Positions 37,033-45,600 of a stretch of DNA of 64,000 nucleotides are shown here, piece after piece. The notes beneath the pieces are model-generated. The model was given only the letters and a program-made list of their open reading frames with translations, was not told the origin of the DNA and ran no database searches. Both the position numbers and the translations under genes were made by a program. Source of the DNA: Dehalococcoidia bacterium (lineage in GTDB: Bacteria; Chloroflexota; Dehalococcoidia; JAUQQI01); the NCBI GenBank assembly GCA_042408785.1, contig JBHOQU010000110.1, forward strand, positions 2,691 to 66,690. The letters are read 5' to 3'. Position 1 is the first letter of the stretch, and each line of letters begins with the position of its first letter.

Positions 37033-37925
37033 GGGTGCTGGTAACCGGGGCCACCGGCCTCATCGGCCGGGCCCTCATCCCGGAACTGCTGGCCGCCGGC
37101 CACGAGGTGGTGGGCCTGGCCCGCCGTCCCCGCCCGGAGGCCGACCTGCCCGTCGACGTCATCCCTGCCGACGTAACCGAACCTAACCTGGGCCGGCGGC
37201 TTCCCCGGGTCGAGGCCGTGGTCCACCTGGCCGGGTTGGCCGACGCCGGCGCCTCCTGGCAGGACCCTGCCGCCTACCTGGCCGTGAACGCCTGGGGAAC
37301 TTTGAACCTGCTCTTTTTCGTCCGGGAGGCCGGCGCCCGCTTTGTTTTCGCCTCCTCCCAGCGGGTTTACCGCCCCGGCCGGCGGCTGGCCGAGACCGCC
37401 CCCATCGAACCCCGGGACCCCTACGGCTACTCCAAGTGGGTGGGGGAGGTCTGGTGCCAGATGTTCGGCCGCCTTTACGGGGTTCCCGTCACGGTGGTCC
37501 GGTTCTTCTCGGTCTACGGCCCCGGGCAGGCCTGGACTTCCGGCCAGAGCGGGGTGCTGACCATCTTTCTGGAGCGGGCCCTGCGGGGCGAGCCCCTGGA
37601 AGTGCGGGCCCCCAGCCGGCGGGACTTCACCTACGTGGCCGACGCCGCCGCCGGCCTGCGGCTGGCCCTGGAGCGACCGGCGGCCCCGGGCCGGGTCTAC
37701 AACATCGCCACCGGCCGGGGAACCACCCTCCTGGCGGCCGCCCGACTGGTCAAGCGGCTCACCGGTTCGGCTAGCCCCGTAGTTGCCCGCCTTTCGGAGC
37801 CGGAGGAAAGCTTTGTGGCCGATATCGGCCGGGCCCGGCGGGAGCTGGGCTACGAACCCCGCTACACTTTAAGGGATGGAATCTGCGCCTATGTCGGCTG
37901 GCTCCGGGCCCGCCATCCTGCTTAA
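37029..37925 (+). CDS. NAD-dependent epimerase/dehydratase (extended SDR)
   Basis: VLVTGATGLIGRAL; YxxxK catalytic motif (YGYSK); ATGA overlap with the upstream gene. Confidence 0.7.
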   Translation: MRVLVTGATGLIGRALIPELLAAGHEVVGLARRPRPEADLPVDVIPADVTEPNLGRRLPRVEAVVHLAGLADAGASWQDPAAYLAVNAWGTLNLLFFVREAGARFVFASSQRVYRPGRRLAETAPIEPRDPYGYSKWVGEVWCQMFGRLYGVPVTVVRFFSVYGPGQAWTSGQSGVLTIFLERALRGEPLEVRAPSRRDFTYVADAAAGLRLALERPAAPGRVYNIATGRGTTLLAAARLVKRLTGSASPVVARLSEPEESFVADIGRARRELGYEPRYTLRDGICAYVGWLRARHPA

Positions 37926-38850
37926 GGCCCGGCCCGTCGGCGGCCAGGTGGCCGACCGCCTGGCACCGCCCCGCCCCGACGGCCTGGAGCTTTACCTGGA
38001 CGCGGCCGACCTGGCGGACACCGGCTGGGTCGGCCCCCTCCGGGCGGCCCTGGACCGGGCCTACCCCGACGGCTGGCCGCCTATCATCGTCGAAGGACCC
38101 CTCCGCTCCCTCGACGGGGAGTTCTTCGACGTTACCCGGTCCAGCCCCGCCGACCTGGAGGTCATAGTCCGGCTCGTCCGCATCGGCCGGGAGCTGGGGG
38201 CGGCGGCCGCCAACATCCACTGCATAAACCCGTCGGCCGACCCGGCAGCCTTCGACCCCGCAAGGCGGCGCCGGGACCGGCAGGCCGCCCTGGAGTTTTT
38301 TAACGGCTACGCCCACCTCTGCCGGGCCGCCGGCCTCGAACCCCAGGTGGAGAATGTGCCCCCCATCGTTCGCATGCGGGAGGGCCGCTACCTTGTCTCC
38401 ACCGAGGGGTTAGGCCCCGACGACTTGATTTTCTACCTGGATCGGGTGCCGGGCCTGCGGCTCACCCTGGACCTTTCCCACGCCGGCCTTTTTGTAAACG
38501 CGGTGGACATGGCCTGGGGGCTTAAGGCCGTGCCCGAGGGGGACCTTAAAAACCCGGTGGTTGTCGGCCTGCTGGCCGGCCTGCGGGAGCGCTACCGGCC
38601 CCTCACCCTGGCCGGATATGTGGAGGCGGTCTGCCCCTACGTGCTCACCGTTCACATCTCCAACGCCGCCGGCCTGCTGGGCGAAGGCCTCCCCTACCGG
38701 GATGGCTGGTACGACCTGGACGGCCCCCTCCGCCGGCTCCGGGCCTGCGCCAGGTATTTCGTAACCGAAACCGTCGAGCCCGACCCGGAGCGGGCGGTCT
38801 ACATGCGGCAGGTGCAGGCCCGGCTGATGGAGCTGGTTTATGGACGTTGA
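37876..38850 (+). CDS. sugar phosphate isomerase/epimerase (xylose-isomerase-like TIM barrel) family protein
   Basis: TIM-barrel pattern with conserved E/D/H metal ligands (ENVPP, LDLSHAG); start ambiguous (37876 or 37891). Confidence 0.55.
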   Translation: MESAPMSAGSGPAILLKARPVGGQVADRLAPPRPDGLELYLDAADLADTGWVGPLRAALDRAYPDGWPPIIVEGPLRSLDGEFFDVTRSSPADLEVIVRLVRIGRELGAAAANIHCINPSADPAAFDPARRRRDRQAALEFFNGYAHLCRAAGLEPQVENVPPIVRMREGRYLVSTEGLGPDDLIFYLDRVPGLRLTLDLSHAGLFVNAVDMAWGLKAVPEGDLKNPVVVGLLAGLRERYRPLTLAGYVEAVCPYVLTVHISNAAGLLGEGLPYRDGWYDLDGPLRRLRACARYFVTETVEPDPERAVYMRQVQARLMELVYGR

Positions 38851-39907
38851 GGGCATCGACCTCTTCGGACTGCTGGGCCGGCCGCGGCTGCCCATCCCCA
38901 CCGAAAGGGCCCTGGCCCGGCTCCGGAGCGAGCGGGTGCTCATCACCGGGGCGGGGGGCTCCCTGGGGTCGGCCCTGGCCCTCACCCTGGCCCGGGCCGG
39001 GGTTAAGGCTTTGGGCCTCTTGGACCACCACGAAAACTCCCTCTTCGAGCTCCGCCAGCACCTCGCCCAGGAGGCCCCCGGGGTCCGGGCCGACTTTTTC
39101 CTGGCCGACATCCGCCACCGCCCCCGGCTGGAGCGCACGGTCCGGCCCTGGGCGCCCACAGTGGTCTACCACCTGGCCGCCTACAAGCATGTGCCCACCG
39201 GCGAGGAGTTCCCCGAGGAGGTGGCCGCCACCAACGTGCTGGGCACCTGGAACCTCCTGGAAGTCCTGCCGCCCTCGGTGGGACGCTTCGTGTTCAGCTC
39301 CACGGATAAGGTGGTGAACCCGGCCGGGGTTTACGGGGCCAGCAAACGGGTGGCCGAGCTGATGCTGCTGGCCCGGGGCCGGGAAACCGCCACCGAGTTT
39401 GCGGTCCTGCGGCTGGTGAATACGGTGGGGGCCCGGGGTGGGGTTGTTAGAACCTTTATCCACCAGCTCAGGGCCGGCCTGCCCCTCACCGTTACCGACC
39501 CCAACATGACCCGCTACTGGGTAGCCTTCCCCGAAGCCGTCGACTTCCTCGTCTGGGGCGGGGGCGACCCGGCTGCCCGGGGAATTTTCGTCCTGGAGCT
39601 GGGCGCCCCCATCCGCCTCGGCGAAACCGTCGGGAGGCTCGCCCGAATGCTCGGTGTGGCAGACCCCGCCGTCCGCATAACCGGCCCCCGGCCCGGCGAG
39701 AAGCCCTTTGAAGAGCTCACCTACCCGGGCGAGGCCACCGAGGGGCTGGTGCCGGGGGCCATCCGCCGGGTTGTAACCCCCGGCCCGGCCGTGGATGCCG
39801 CCCGCCTGGCCGGGCTGATCCGGCGGCTGGAGTGTCTGGTGGCGGCCGGGGACGGGGCCGGCATCAGGGCGGCCCTTTTTGAAGCCGTCCGGGCCGGAAC
39901 CCCTTAA
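38840..39907 (+). CDS. CapD/PglF/WbpM-type nucleoside-diphosphate-sugar 4,6-dehydratase (short form)
   Basis: RVLITGAGGSLGSAL ... YKHVP ... CapD-like C-terminal. Confidence 0.7.
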   Translation: MDVEGIDLFGLLGRPRLPIPTERALARLRSERVLITGAGGSLGSALALTLARAGVKALGLLDHHENSLFELRQHLAQEAPGVRADFFLADIRHRPRLERTVRPWAPTVVYHLAAYKHVPTGEEFPEEVAATNVLGTWNLLEVLPPSVGRFVFSSTDKVVNPAGVYGASKRVAELMLLARGRETATEFAVLRLVNTVGARGGVVRTFIHQLRAGLPLTVTDPNMTRYWVAFPEAVDFLVWGGGDPAARGIFVLELGAPIRLGETVGRLARMLGVADPAVRITGPRPGEKPFEELTYPGEATEGLVPGAIRRVVTPGPAVDAARLAGLIRRLECLVAAGDGAGIRAALFEAVRAGTP

Positions 39908-39938
39908 ACCCTTGGGTTAGAATCTCAGGGAACGCCCA

Positions 39939-41003
39939 ATGGAAATCCTGGGCCTGGTGTTTTTCACGGCCCTGGGCCTGAGCCTGGTGCTGGTGCCCGT
40001 GGCCGCCCGGGTAGGGACCCGGCTGGGGCTGGTGGACCGGCCGCGGCCGGGGGAGGTTCAGCCCAAGCCCACCCCCCGCACCGGGGGCTACGGCATCTTT
40101 TTAGCCTTCTGGCTGGCCGTCCTGCCCACCCTGCCGCTGGTGCCCAGATTCCCCGACGAGTACCCCCGGCTTGTCGGATTTGCGGCCGGCAGTCTGGTCG
40201 TCCTGAGCCTGGCCGTGGCCGACGACCGCTACCGGCTGGGTCCTCTGCCCCAGTTCGCCGGTCAGGTCCTGGCCGGGCTTACGGCCGCCGCCTTCGGCAT
40301 CGTCATCGAAAGCGTTGCCAACCCGGCCGGCGGCCTCATTCCGGTTCCCGCCTGGCTCGCCGTGCCCCTGACGGTCCTCTGGGTCGTGGTGCTGATCAAC
40401 ACCGTCAACCTGACGGATACCATGGATGGGCTGGCCGGGGGGGTCGCCCTAATCGCCGCGGCGGTGCTCTTTGCCAACAGCTTTCTGCTGGGCCAGTTCA
40501 GCATCGCCCTACTGCCCCTGGCCCTGGCCGGGGCGGTGGGCGGCTTTCTGGTTTACAACTTCCATCCGGCCCGCGTCTTCATGGGGAGCGGCGGGTCGAT
40601 GTTTCTGGGCTACGCCCTGGCGGTCCTGGCCATTATCGGGGGGGCGAAGCTGGCCACGGCGGCGATGGTGCTGGGGATTGCGATGCTGGACGTGGCGTGG
40701 GTTTTTGTCTACCGGCTGAGCCGGGGGCGCTCGCCCTTTAAGGGGGGCGATTCGGCCCACCTGCCCCACCGGCTCCTGCGGCTGGGCCTGCCCCAGTGGG
40801 GCGTTGCCCTCCTTTACTACGGCCTCTGCCTGCTTTTCGGACTGCTGGCAGTGGGCCTTACCAAGTGGGCGAAGTTTTACGGGTTCGGGGCCCTGGCGGT
40901 GGTGGCCGGTCTGCTGTTAATCGTCCTTGCCCGGGAACGGCCAGTCCGGAGCCCGGCGGCCGGCGAGCCGGTGCCGGAGCACCCGCAGGGCGAAGGCCGG
41001 TAG
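39939..41003 (+). CDS. family-4 glycosyltransferase, polyprenyl-phosphate N-acetylhexosamine-1-phosphate transferase (WecA/TagO/MraY-like)
   Basis: Ten or more TM helices; motifs GGYGIF, NLTDTMDGLAGG (DDxxD-type), VFMGSGGSMFLG. Confidence 0.8.
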   Translation: MEILGLVFFTALGLSLVLVPVAARVGTRLGLVDRPRPGEVQPKPTPRTGGYGIFLAFWLAVLPTLPLVPRFPDEYPRLVGFAAGSLVVLSLAVADDRYRLGPLPQFAGQVLAGLTAAAFGIVIESVANPAGGLIPVPAWLAVPLTVLWVVVLINTVNLTDTMDGLAGGVALIAAAVLFANSFLLGQFSIALLPLALAGAVGGFLVYNFHPARVFMGSGGSMFLGYALAVLAIIGGAKLATAAMVLGIAMLDVAWVFVYRLSRGRSPFKGGDSAHLPHRLLRLGLPQWGVALLYYGLCLLFGLLAVGLTKWAKFYGFGALAVVAGLLLIVLARERPVRSPAAGEPVPEHPQGEGR

Positions 41004-41696
41004 GGCCAGCTGCCGCCGCCAGCGCCAGGGCTGAACCGCCAGTCTGAAGGCCCAGTCGAAGCCGGCCCGACGCAGCCAGGCCGGCGCCCGGGGGACCCGG
41101 CCGCTGAAAAAGTCGAAGGCCCCGCCGACCCCCACCCCGATTTTGGCCCCGACCCGGCCCAGGTTGCGCCAGAGCCAGAACTCCTGCTTCGGGGCGCCGT
41201 AGGCCACCAGAAGGATATCGATGGGCCGGGCGGCCTCAAGCACCCTCAGGACCTCCGCGTCGGCCTCGGGGTGGGGGGAGCCGGGGTAGGCCCCGGCCAC
41301 CTGGAGGCCCGGGTACTTGGCCTTGAGCCGGGCGGCGGCCGCCGCCGCCACCCCCGGCCCCGCCCCAAGAAAGAAGACCCGGTAGCGGTCGCCGGCCAGC
41401 CGGACCAGCCCCTCGGCAAAGTCGGTGCCGGGAACCTGCTCCCGAATCGGGTTGCCCAGGACCCGGGAGGCCCAGATCAGGCCGAACCCGTCGGGGATGG
41501 CCAGGTCGGCGCGGTTCAAAACCTTGCGGAAGGCCAGGTCCCACCCGGCCCGCATCACGAACTCGGCGTTGGGGGTGACCACCAGCCGGGGGCGGTCTTC
41601 CTCAAGCCAGCCGGCGGCCAGCTCCAGGGCCTCGGCCAGGGTGACGTCGTCGACCCGGACCCCCAGAATCTCCACCGACCTAAGCCGCCTGGCCAC
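40917..41696 (-). CDS. WecB/TagA/CpsF-family glycosyltransferase (N-acetylmannosaminyltransferase-like)
   Basis: VTPNAEFVM...IPDGFGLIWASR...GAPKQEFW motifs; 87-nt convergent overlap with the GT4 gene. Confidence 0.75.
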   Translation of the reverse strand: MARRLRSVEILGVRVDDVTLAEALELAAGWLEEDRPRLVVTPNAEFVMRAGWDLAFRKVLNRADLAIPDGFGLIWASRVLGNPIREQVPGTDFAEGLVRLAGDRYRVFFLGAGPGVAAAAAARLKAKYPGLQVAGAYPGSPHPEADAEVLRVLEAARPIDILLVAYGAPKQEFWLWRNLGRVGAKIGVGVGGAFDFFSGRVPRAPAWLRRAGFDWAFRLAVQPWRWRRQLALPAFALRVLRHRLAGRRAPDWPFPGKDD

Positions 41697-42873
41697 GGCC
41701 GTCCAAGCGGGCGTAAAGGGCTAGGGGCAGGAAAAGCCCCAGGCCGAAGAGGGCGACGGCCAGGAAGGGCGCGGTGGGGCCGGCGCCGGTGTAAATCGGG
41801 GTGAGGACCAGGGGGGCCGCCGCGCTCCCCAGAAACTTAAAGCCGTTGTAAAGGGAGGCGGCGGCCCCCCGCTCCTTCGGGAAGGCCTCCAGGGCCAGGG
41901 TATTAAGGCTGGCCCAGAAGAGGGCGTAAACCCCGCCCAGGACCGCTCCAAATACCCCAAAGGTAGGCGGGTCGGGGGCGACCCCGAGGGCCAGGTGGGC
42001 CAGAACAGCCAGGGCGATCCCCAGCGCGACCATAACCGGCCGGCCGAACCGGTCGATGCCCAGGCCGGCGAGGGGTCCTGCCAGAACCCCGGCCAGGCCG
42101 TAGAGGGAAAGGAGAAAACCGCTTCGGTCCACCGGCACCTGCCAGCGGTCGGCCAGGTAGACGGCCCAGAGGTAGTAGGTGCCGGAGACGGCCACGTAGC
42201 CCCCTGCCGAAAGGACGGCGATGGGCCAGAAGCGGGGGCTGGCCAGAACCTTTAAGGGCACCCACCACACATCCCGGCCGGGCCCCCGGGACCGGCGGTC
42301 GGCCTGGGCGCTGGCCCGGAACCAGTGCAGATAATAGGCGGCCAGGCCCAGGGAGGCCAGGGCCACCACCAGGTACGCCAGCCGCCAGTTGACGGCGGCC
42401 AGACTCCCGGCCACCACCGGGGCGGCCAGGTTCCCGGCGGTATTGATGGCCCCGAAGATGCCCATCGACCGCCCGAGGCGGGCCGGGGGGACCACGTCGG
42501 CCAGCACGGCCAGCAGGATGGGCGTCGTGAAGGCGTTGGTTATCCCCTGAAAAACCCGGCCCAGGATAAGCACTTCGACGCTGGGGGCCAGGCCGCAGAT
42601 GAGGGCGGCCAGGCCGAAGCCGGCAAACCCCCAGAAGGCGGCCCACCGGCGGGAGAAGGTGTCGGCCAGGGCCCCGGAAAAGACCTGGAAGAGGGCGAAG
42701 GGGACCATGTAGGCGGTGACGGCCAGGGAGAGGCGGCCCAGGTCGGTCTGAAGCTCCCGCTGCAGGAGGGGCATCAGGACGACCATAACGTTGCCCCCCA
42801 TGGGCCCCAGGGCCGCCCCGGTGTAGAAGATGAGGGGGACCCGGACCGCCGAAGTCCGGGGATGAGCACCCAT
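41680..42873 (-). CDS. MFS transporter
   Basis: 12-TM pattern; MFS loop motif (GALADTFSRR). Confidence 0.7.
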   Translation of the reverse strand: MGAHPRTSAVRVPLIFYTGAALGPMGGNVMVVLMPLLQRELQTDLGRLSLAVTAYMVPFALFQVFSGALADTFSRRWAAFWGFAGFGLAALICGLAPSVEVLILGRVFQGITNAFTTPILLAVLADVVPPARLGRSMGIFGAINTAGNLAAPVVAGSLAAVNWRLAYLVVALASLGLAAYYLHWFRASAQADRRSRGPGRDVWWVPLKVLASPRFWPIAVLSAGGYVAVSGTYYLWAVYLADRWQVPVDRSGFLLSLYGLAGVLAGPLAGLGIDRFGRPVMVALGIALAVLAHLALGVAPDPPTFGVFGAVLGGVYALFWASLNTLALEAFPKERGAAASLYNGFKFLGSAAAPLVLTPIYTGAGPTAPFLAVALFGLGLFLPLALYARLDGRGQAA

Positions 42874-42946
42874 CGGGATTTATTATAAATGGCGGCTGAC
42901 CGGCGGGCCTCGACGGCGCCGCCCGGACCGGGTAAGATCACAGGGC

Positions 42947-43933
42947 ATGAAAGTACTGGTTGTCGGCGGGGCAGGCTACGTCGGGAGCGTGGCCGCCGAA
43001 GCCCTCCTTGCGGCCGGCCACCAGGTGGTAATCTACGATAACCTGAGCCGGGGCCACGCCGCGGCCGCCCCCCCGGGGGCCGAACTCATCGTCGCCGACC
43101 TGGCCGATACCGCCCGGCTGGCCCGGGTGCTGGCCCGGGGTCGGTTCGACGCGGTGATGCACTTTGCGGCCCTGAGCCTGGTGGCCGAGTCGGTCCGGGA
43201 ACCCGCCCGCTATTTCCACCAGAACGTGGGCCTCACCCTCCAGCTGCTGCAGCTGATGCTGGGGGCGGGGGTGCGCCGGTTTGTTTTTTCATCCAGCGCC
43301 GCCGTCTACGGCGAGCCCCACACCGTCCCCATCACCGAAGACCACCCCACCGTCCCCACCAGCCCCTACGGGCAGACCAAGCTGATGGTGGAGGAGGCAC
43401 TGGGGTGGCTGGGACGGCTTGCCGGCCTGAGATTTGCCTCCCTGCGCTATTTTAATGCCGCCGGCGCAACGGAGCGGCTGGGGGAAGACCACCGGCCGGA
43501 AACCCACCTGATCCCCTCGGTGCTGGAGGTGGCCGCCGGGAAGCGGCCCGTTGTGGAGGTCTTCGGCCGGGACTACCCGACGCCCGACGGCACCTGCATC
43601 CGGGACTTCGTCCACGTGGCCGACATCGCCGACGCCCACCTGAAGGCCCTGGAGCGGCTGGACCGGGAGGGGCGGATCATATGCAACCTGGGGAGCGGGT
43701 CGGGCTATTCGGTGCTGGAGGTTATCGAGGCGGCCCGCCGGGTGACGGGGCGGCCGGTGGCGGTGAAGTTCGGGCCCCGACGGCCCGGCGACCCGGCCGT
43801 CCTGGTGGCCAGCCGGAGTCGGGCAGAGCAGACCATCGGCTGGCGGCCCAAGTATGATGACTTGGAAGTGATCATCGGCAGCGCCTGGGAATGGCGGTGC
43901 CGCCACCCGGACGGCTACGGTCGGCCAGACTAA
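42947..43933 (+). CDS. galE: UDP-glucose 4-epimerase
   Basis: MKVLVVGGAGYVGS...YDNLSRGH...SSSAAVYGEP...YGQTK; 328 aa. Confidence 0.85.
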   Translation: MKVLVVGGAGYVGSVAAEALLAAGHQVVIYDNLSRGHAAAAPPGAELIVADLADTARLARVLARGRFDAVMHFAALSLVAESVREPARYFHQNVGLTLQLLQLMLGAGVRRFVFSSSAAVYGEPHTVPITEDHPTVPTSPYGQTKLMVEEALGWLGRLAGLRFASLRYFNAAGATERLGEDHRPETHLIPSVLEVAAGKRPVVEVFGRDYPTPDGTCIRDFVHVADIADAHLKALERLDREGRIICNLGSGSGYSVLEVIEAARRVTGRPVAVKFGPRRPGDPAVLVASRSRAEQTIGWRPKYDDLEVIIGSAWEWRCRHPDGYGRPD

Positions 43934-44040
43934 ATTTCCATTTCGCAGTAGCCGCCTGTTCGGGGACCGGGACAGGACCCGATATCAGCCGGCCGCTTCG
44001 GGCGGGAAAACAGGGTCTTGAGGGGGACAACCGTTTTCAT
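43930..44040 (-). CDS. possible small ORF, 36 aa (MKTVVPLKTLFSRPKRPADIGSCPGPRTGGYCEMEI)
   Basis: ATG with GGGGA about 10 nt upstream; sits 66 nt downstream of the 18-4-18 inverted repeat; could be non-coding. Confidence 0.2.
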   Translation of the reverse strand: MKTVVPLKTLFSRPKRPADIGSCPGPRTGGYCEMEI

Positions 44041-44106
44041 CCGCTCAAAGTCCCCGTGGGCATGCCAGAGCTCCAGGCCGGCCGAAAGGCCCGCCCCGGC
44101 AATCAC

Positions 44107-44146
44107 CATTCTTGACATAAACGCTAAAGCGTTTATGTCAAGAATG
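44107..44146. promoter_or_regulatory. perfect 18-4-18 inverted repeat CATTCTTGACATAAACGC-taaa-GCGTTTATGTCAAGAATG, AT-rich, with TTGACA in both orientations
   Basis: Exact reverse-complement arms; AT-rich in a 70% GC background; intergenic. Confidence 0.5.
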
Positions 44147-44485
44147 CCGAACCAGAGCCCCCTGCCGGCGCAGCCGATGCCCCAGCCGGGCCGCACCCTC
44201 TCAGACCCGGCCCGTAAGCTCAACTTCGGGAAGCCCGCCCCTCATCCCGGGCCCCGACCAGAAGCCGGGCAGTCGAGAAGGCGGCCGACCTCACCCCGGG
44301 GCCGACCGAACCGTCTAAAAGGGTCCGGTTCAGGCCTCGCCAAGGGCCTGCCGGCGCCAGCTGGTCAGCTCCTCTGGGTCGAACTCCACCAGCTCGGAAC
44401 CGGCCAGCTCCCGCAGCCGGGCCTGGCGCCGGCACCGGACAAACTCCTTAAGGGCCAGCTCGATGACCTGGCTGCTCTGGAGAAC

Positions 44486-44746
44486 TTAGCCGGAGCCGGT
44501 GGGCTCGGCGGCCGCTTCGGCCGGCAGCATCTCACCTAGGATGCGCTGCAGGGCCATAGTGTGGCTGCAGATGTTCCAGGTCTCGAAGAAGTGGCAGCTG
44601 CAGTGCCACTTGCCGTCCTGAAAGCTCACGGTGTGGTAGTCGTTGTCCCCCCGGAACCGCACGGTAAACTGGACGAAGGTAACCCGGTCCCGCTCCTCAG
44701 CGTAGCGCTTGGCCTTCTCAATCTTGGAAATCAGGGCGGAATTCAT
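44486..44746 (-). CDS. SWIM-type zinc-finger miniprotein (CxC-x9-CxH)
   Basis: 86 aa; WHCSCHFFETWNICSHTMAL; the reading frame continues open for 51 more codons after its TAA (to 44330). Confidence 0.5.
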   Translation of the reverse strand: MNSALISKIEKAKRYAEERDRVTFVQFTVRFRGDNDYHTVSFQDGKWHCSCHFFETWNICSHTMALQRILGEMLPAEAAAEPTGSG

Positions 44747-44920
44747 CTAGCGCCTCCTGAAAAGTAAAAAGTCGCCGGCGAATCCTCTAACTGCGGGGTG
44801 ATGCCGGGGCTGAGAGCCCGGACCCGACCTGGCCTTTACACCCGACGGGCTGCAGCCTTTATTCACCGCAAATCCCGGTTAGATTATACCAGCGGGGGGC
44901 AGGGATCTGCGGCGGTCCTC

Positions 44921-45145
44921 TCAGTAGAAGGGATAGCGGGGCAAGAAGCCGCCCAGCATCACCAGGTCCACCAAGGCGCCTACCGGCCCGGCCAGGAACA
45001 TCAGAATGTACGCCCACCAGGGCCAGGGGTTCTGTGCGGTGATGATGATGCTCCAGAAGACGCTGATGAAACCGACGGTCAGCCAGCCGAAGATGAACTG
45101 AAGCAAACAGCCGCCACCGCGGGAATCCGGCCGTGCGGTCTGCAA
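44921..45145 (-). CDS. small membrane protein (2 TM), hypothetical
   Basis: TTG start 6 nt after the strong RBS AAAGGAGG; hydrophobic (FIFGWLTVGFISVFWSIIIT...). Confidence 0.45.
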   Translation of the reverse strand: MQTARPDSRGGGCLLQFIFGWLTVGFISVFWSIIITAQNPWPWWAYILMFLAGPVGALVDLVMLGGFLPRYPFY

Positions 45146-45275
45146 GCTTCGCCTCCTTTGTGAAAACTATCGCAAGATTATACCGGATGGGCCCGGGGCC
45201 CGCCAGCAGTCTTCGCCCGGCCCGGGGCCTTCCGGTTATTCCATAGTTTGCTAGCACATAGTAGATAGTTTGTTT

Positions 45276-45303
45276 GTAGGGGCGCACGGCCGTGCGCCCC
45301 TAC
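45276..45303. other. 13-bp perfect GC hairpin GTAGGGGCGCACG-gc-CGTGCGCCCCTAC in an AT-rich intergenic region
   Basis: Exact stem; flanked by a T-rich 5' side, so possibly a minus-strand terminator/stabiliser. Confidence 0.35.
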
Positions 45304-45386
45304 GGCCTGCCCGGTTATCCTCTGACGGTGCCTTGAAATGAGACCGGTAATAAAACTGGAAAGCCCTGCCTGCCGCCGGGTAGTGG

Positions 45387-45415
45387 CCGTTGCGGTTGCA
45401 ACGTGGTGATATAAT
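45387..45415 (+). promoter_or_regulatory. extended -10 promoter (TGaTATAAT) for the peptide ABC operon
   Basis: TG at 45407..45408 and exact TATAAT at 45410..45415; weak -35. Confidence 0.35.
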
Positions 45416-45600
45416 TAATCGCGTCTTGCGGATTTGTAGATGGGGACGGATGGGTGGCTTAAAAGGGGCGGTCCTTTGCCGGCAGGCGGCCCGCCGCAAC
45501 GGTTGCGGTTACATGCCGTGGATGGGGCGGCCGCCCCCGGACGCCCGGAGGGCTTATTCTGACCCCCTAGGCTCAAGCAAAACGAAAGGAGATTTCCGGT

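Noticed and set aside
40917-41003. 87-nt convergent overlap of the GT4 and TagA genes, and the 86-nt PaaI/HAD overlap at 51258..51343
   Set aside because: I considered a hidden frameshift or a mis-called stop. Both genes in each pair have sensible C-termini, so the overlap probably just reflects the 3' tails. This was not pursued as a finding.
44018-44539. Plus-strand 173-aa ORF spanning the inverted repeat and the region antisense to the SWIM-gene tail
   Set aside because: Its product is Pro/Arg/Gly/Ala-rich low complexity with no RBS. The minus-strand SWIM reading has recognisable motifs.
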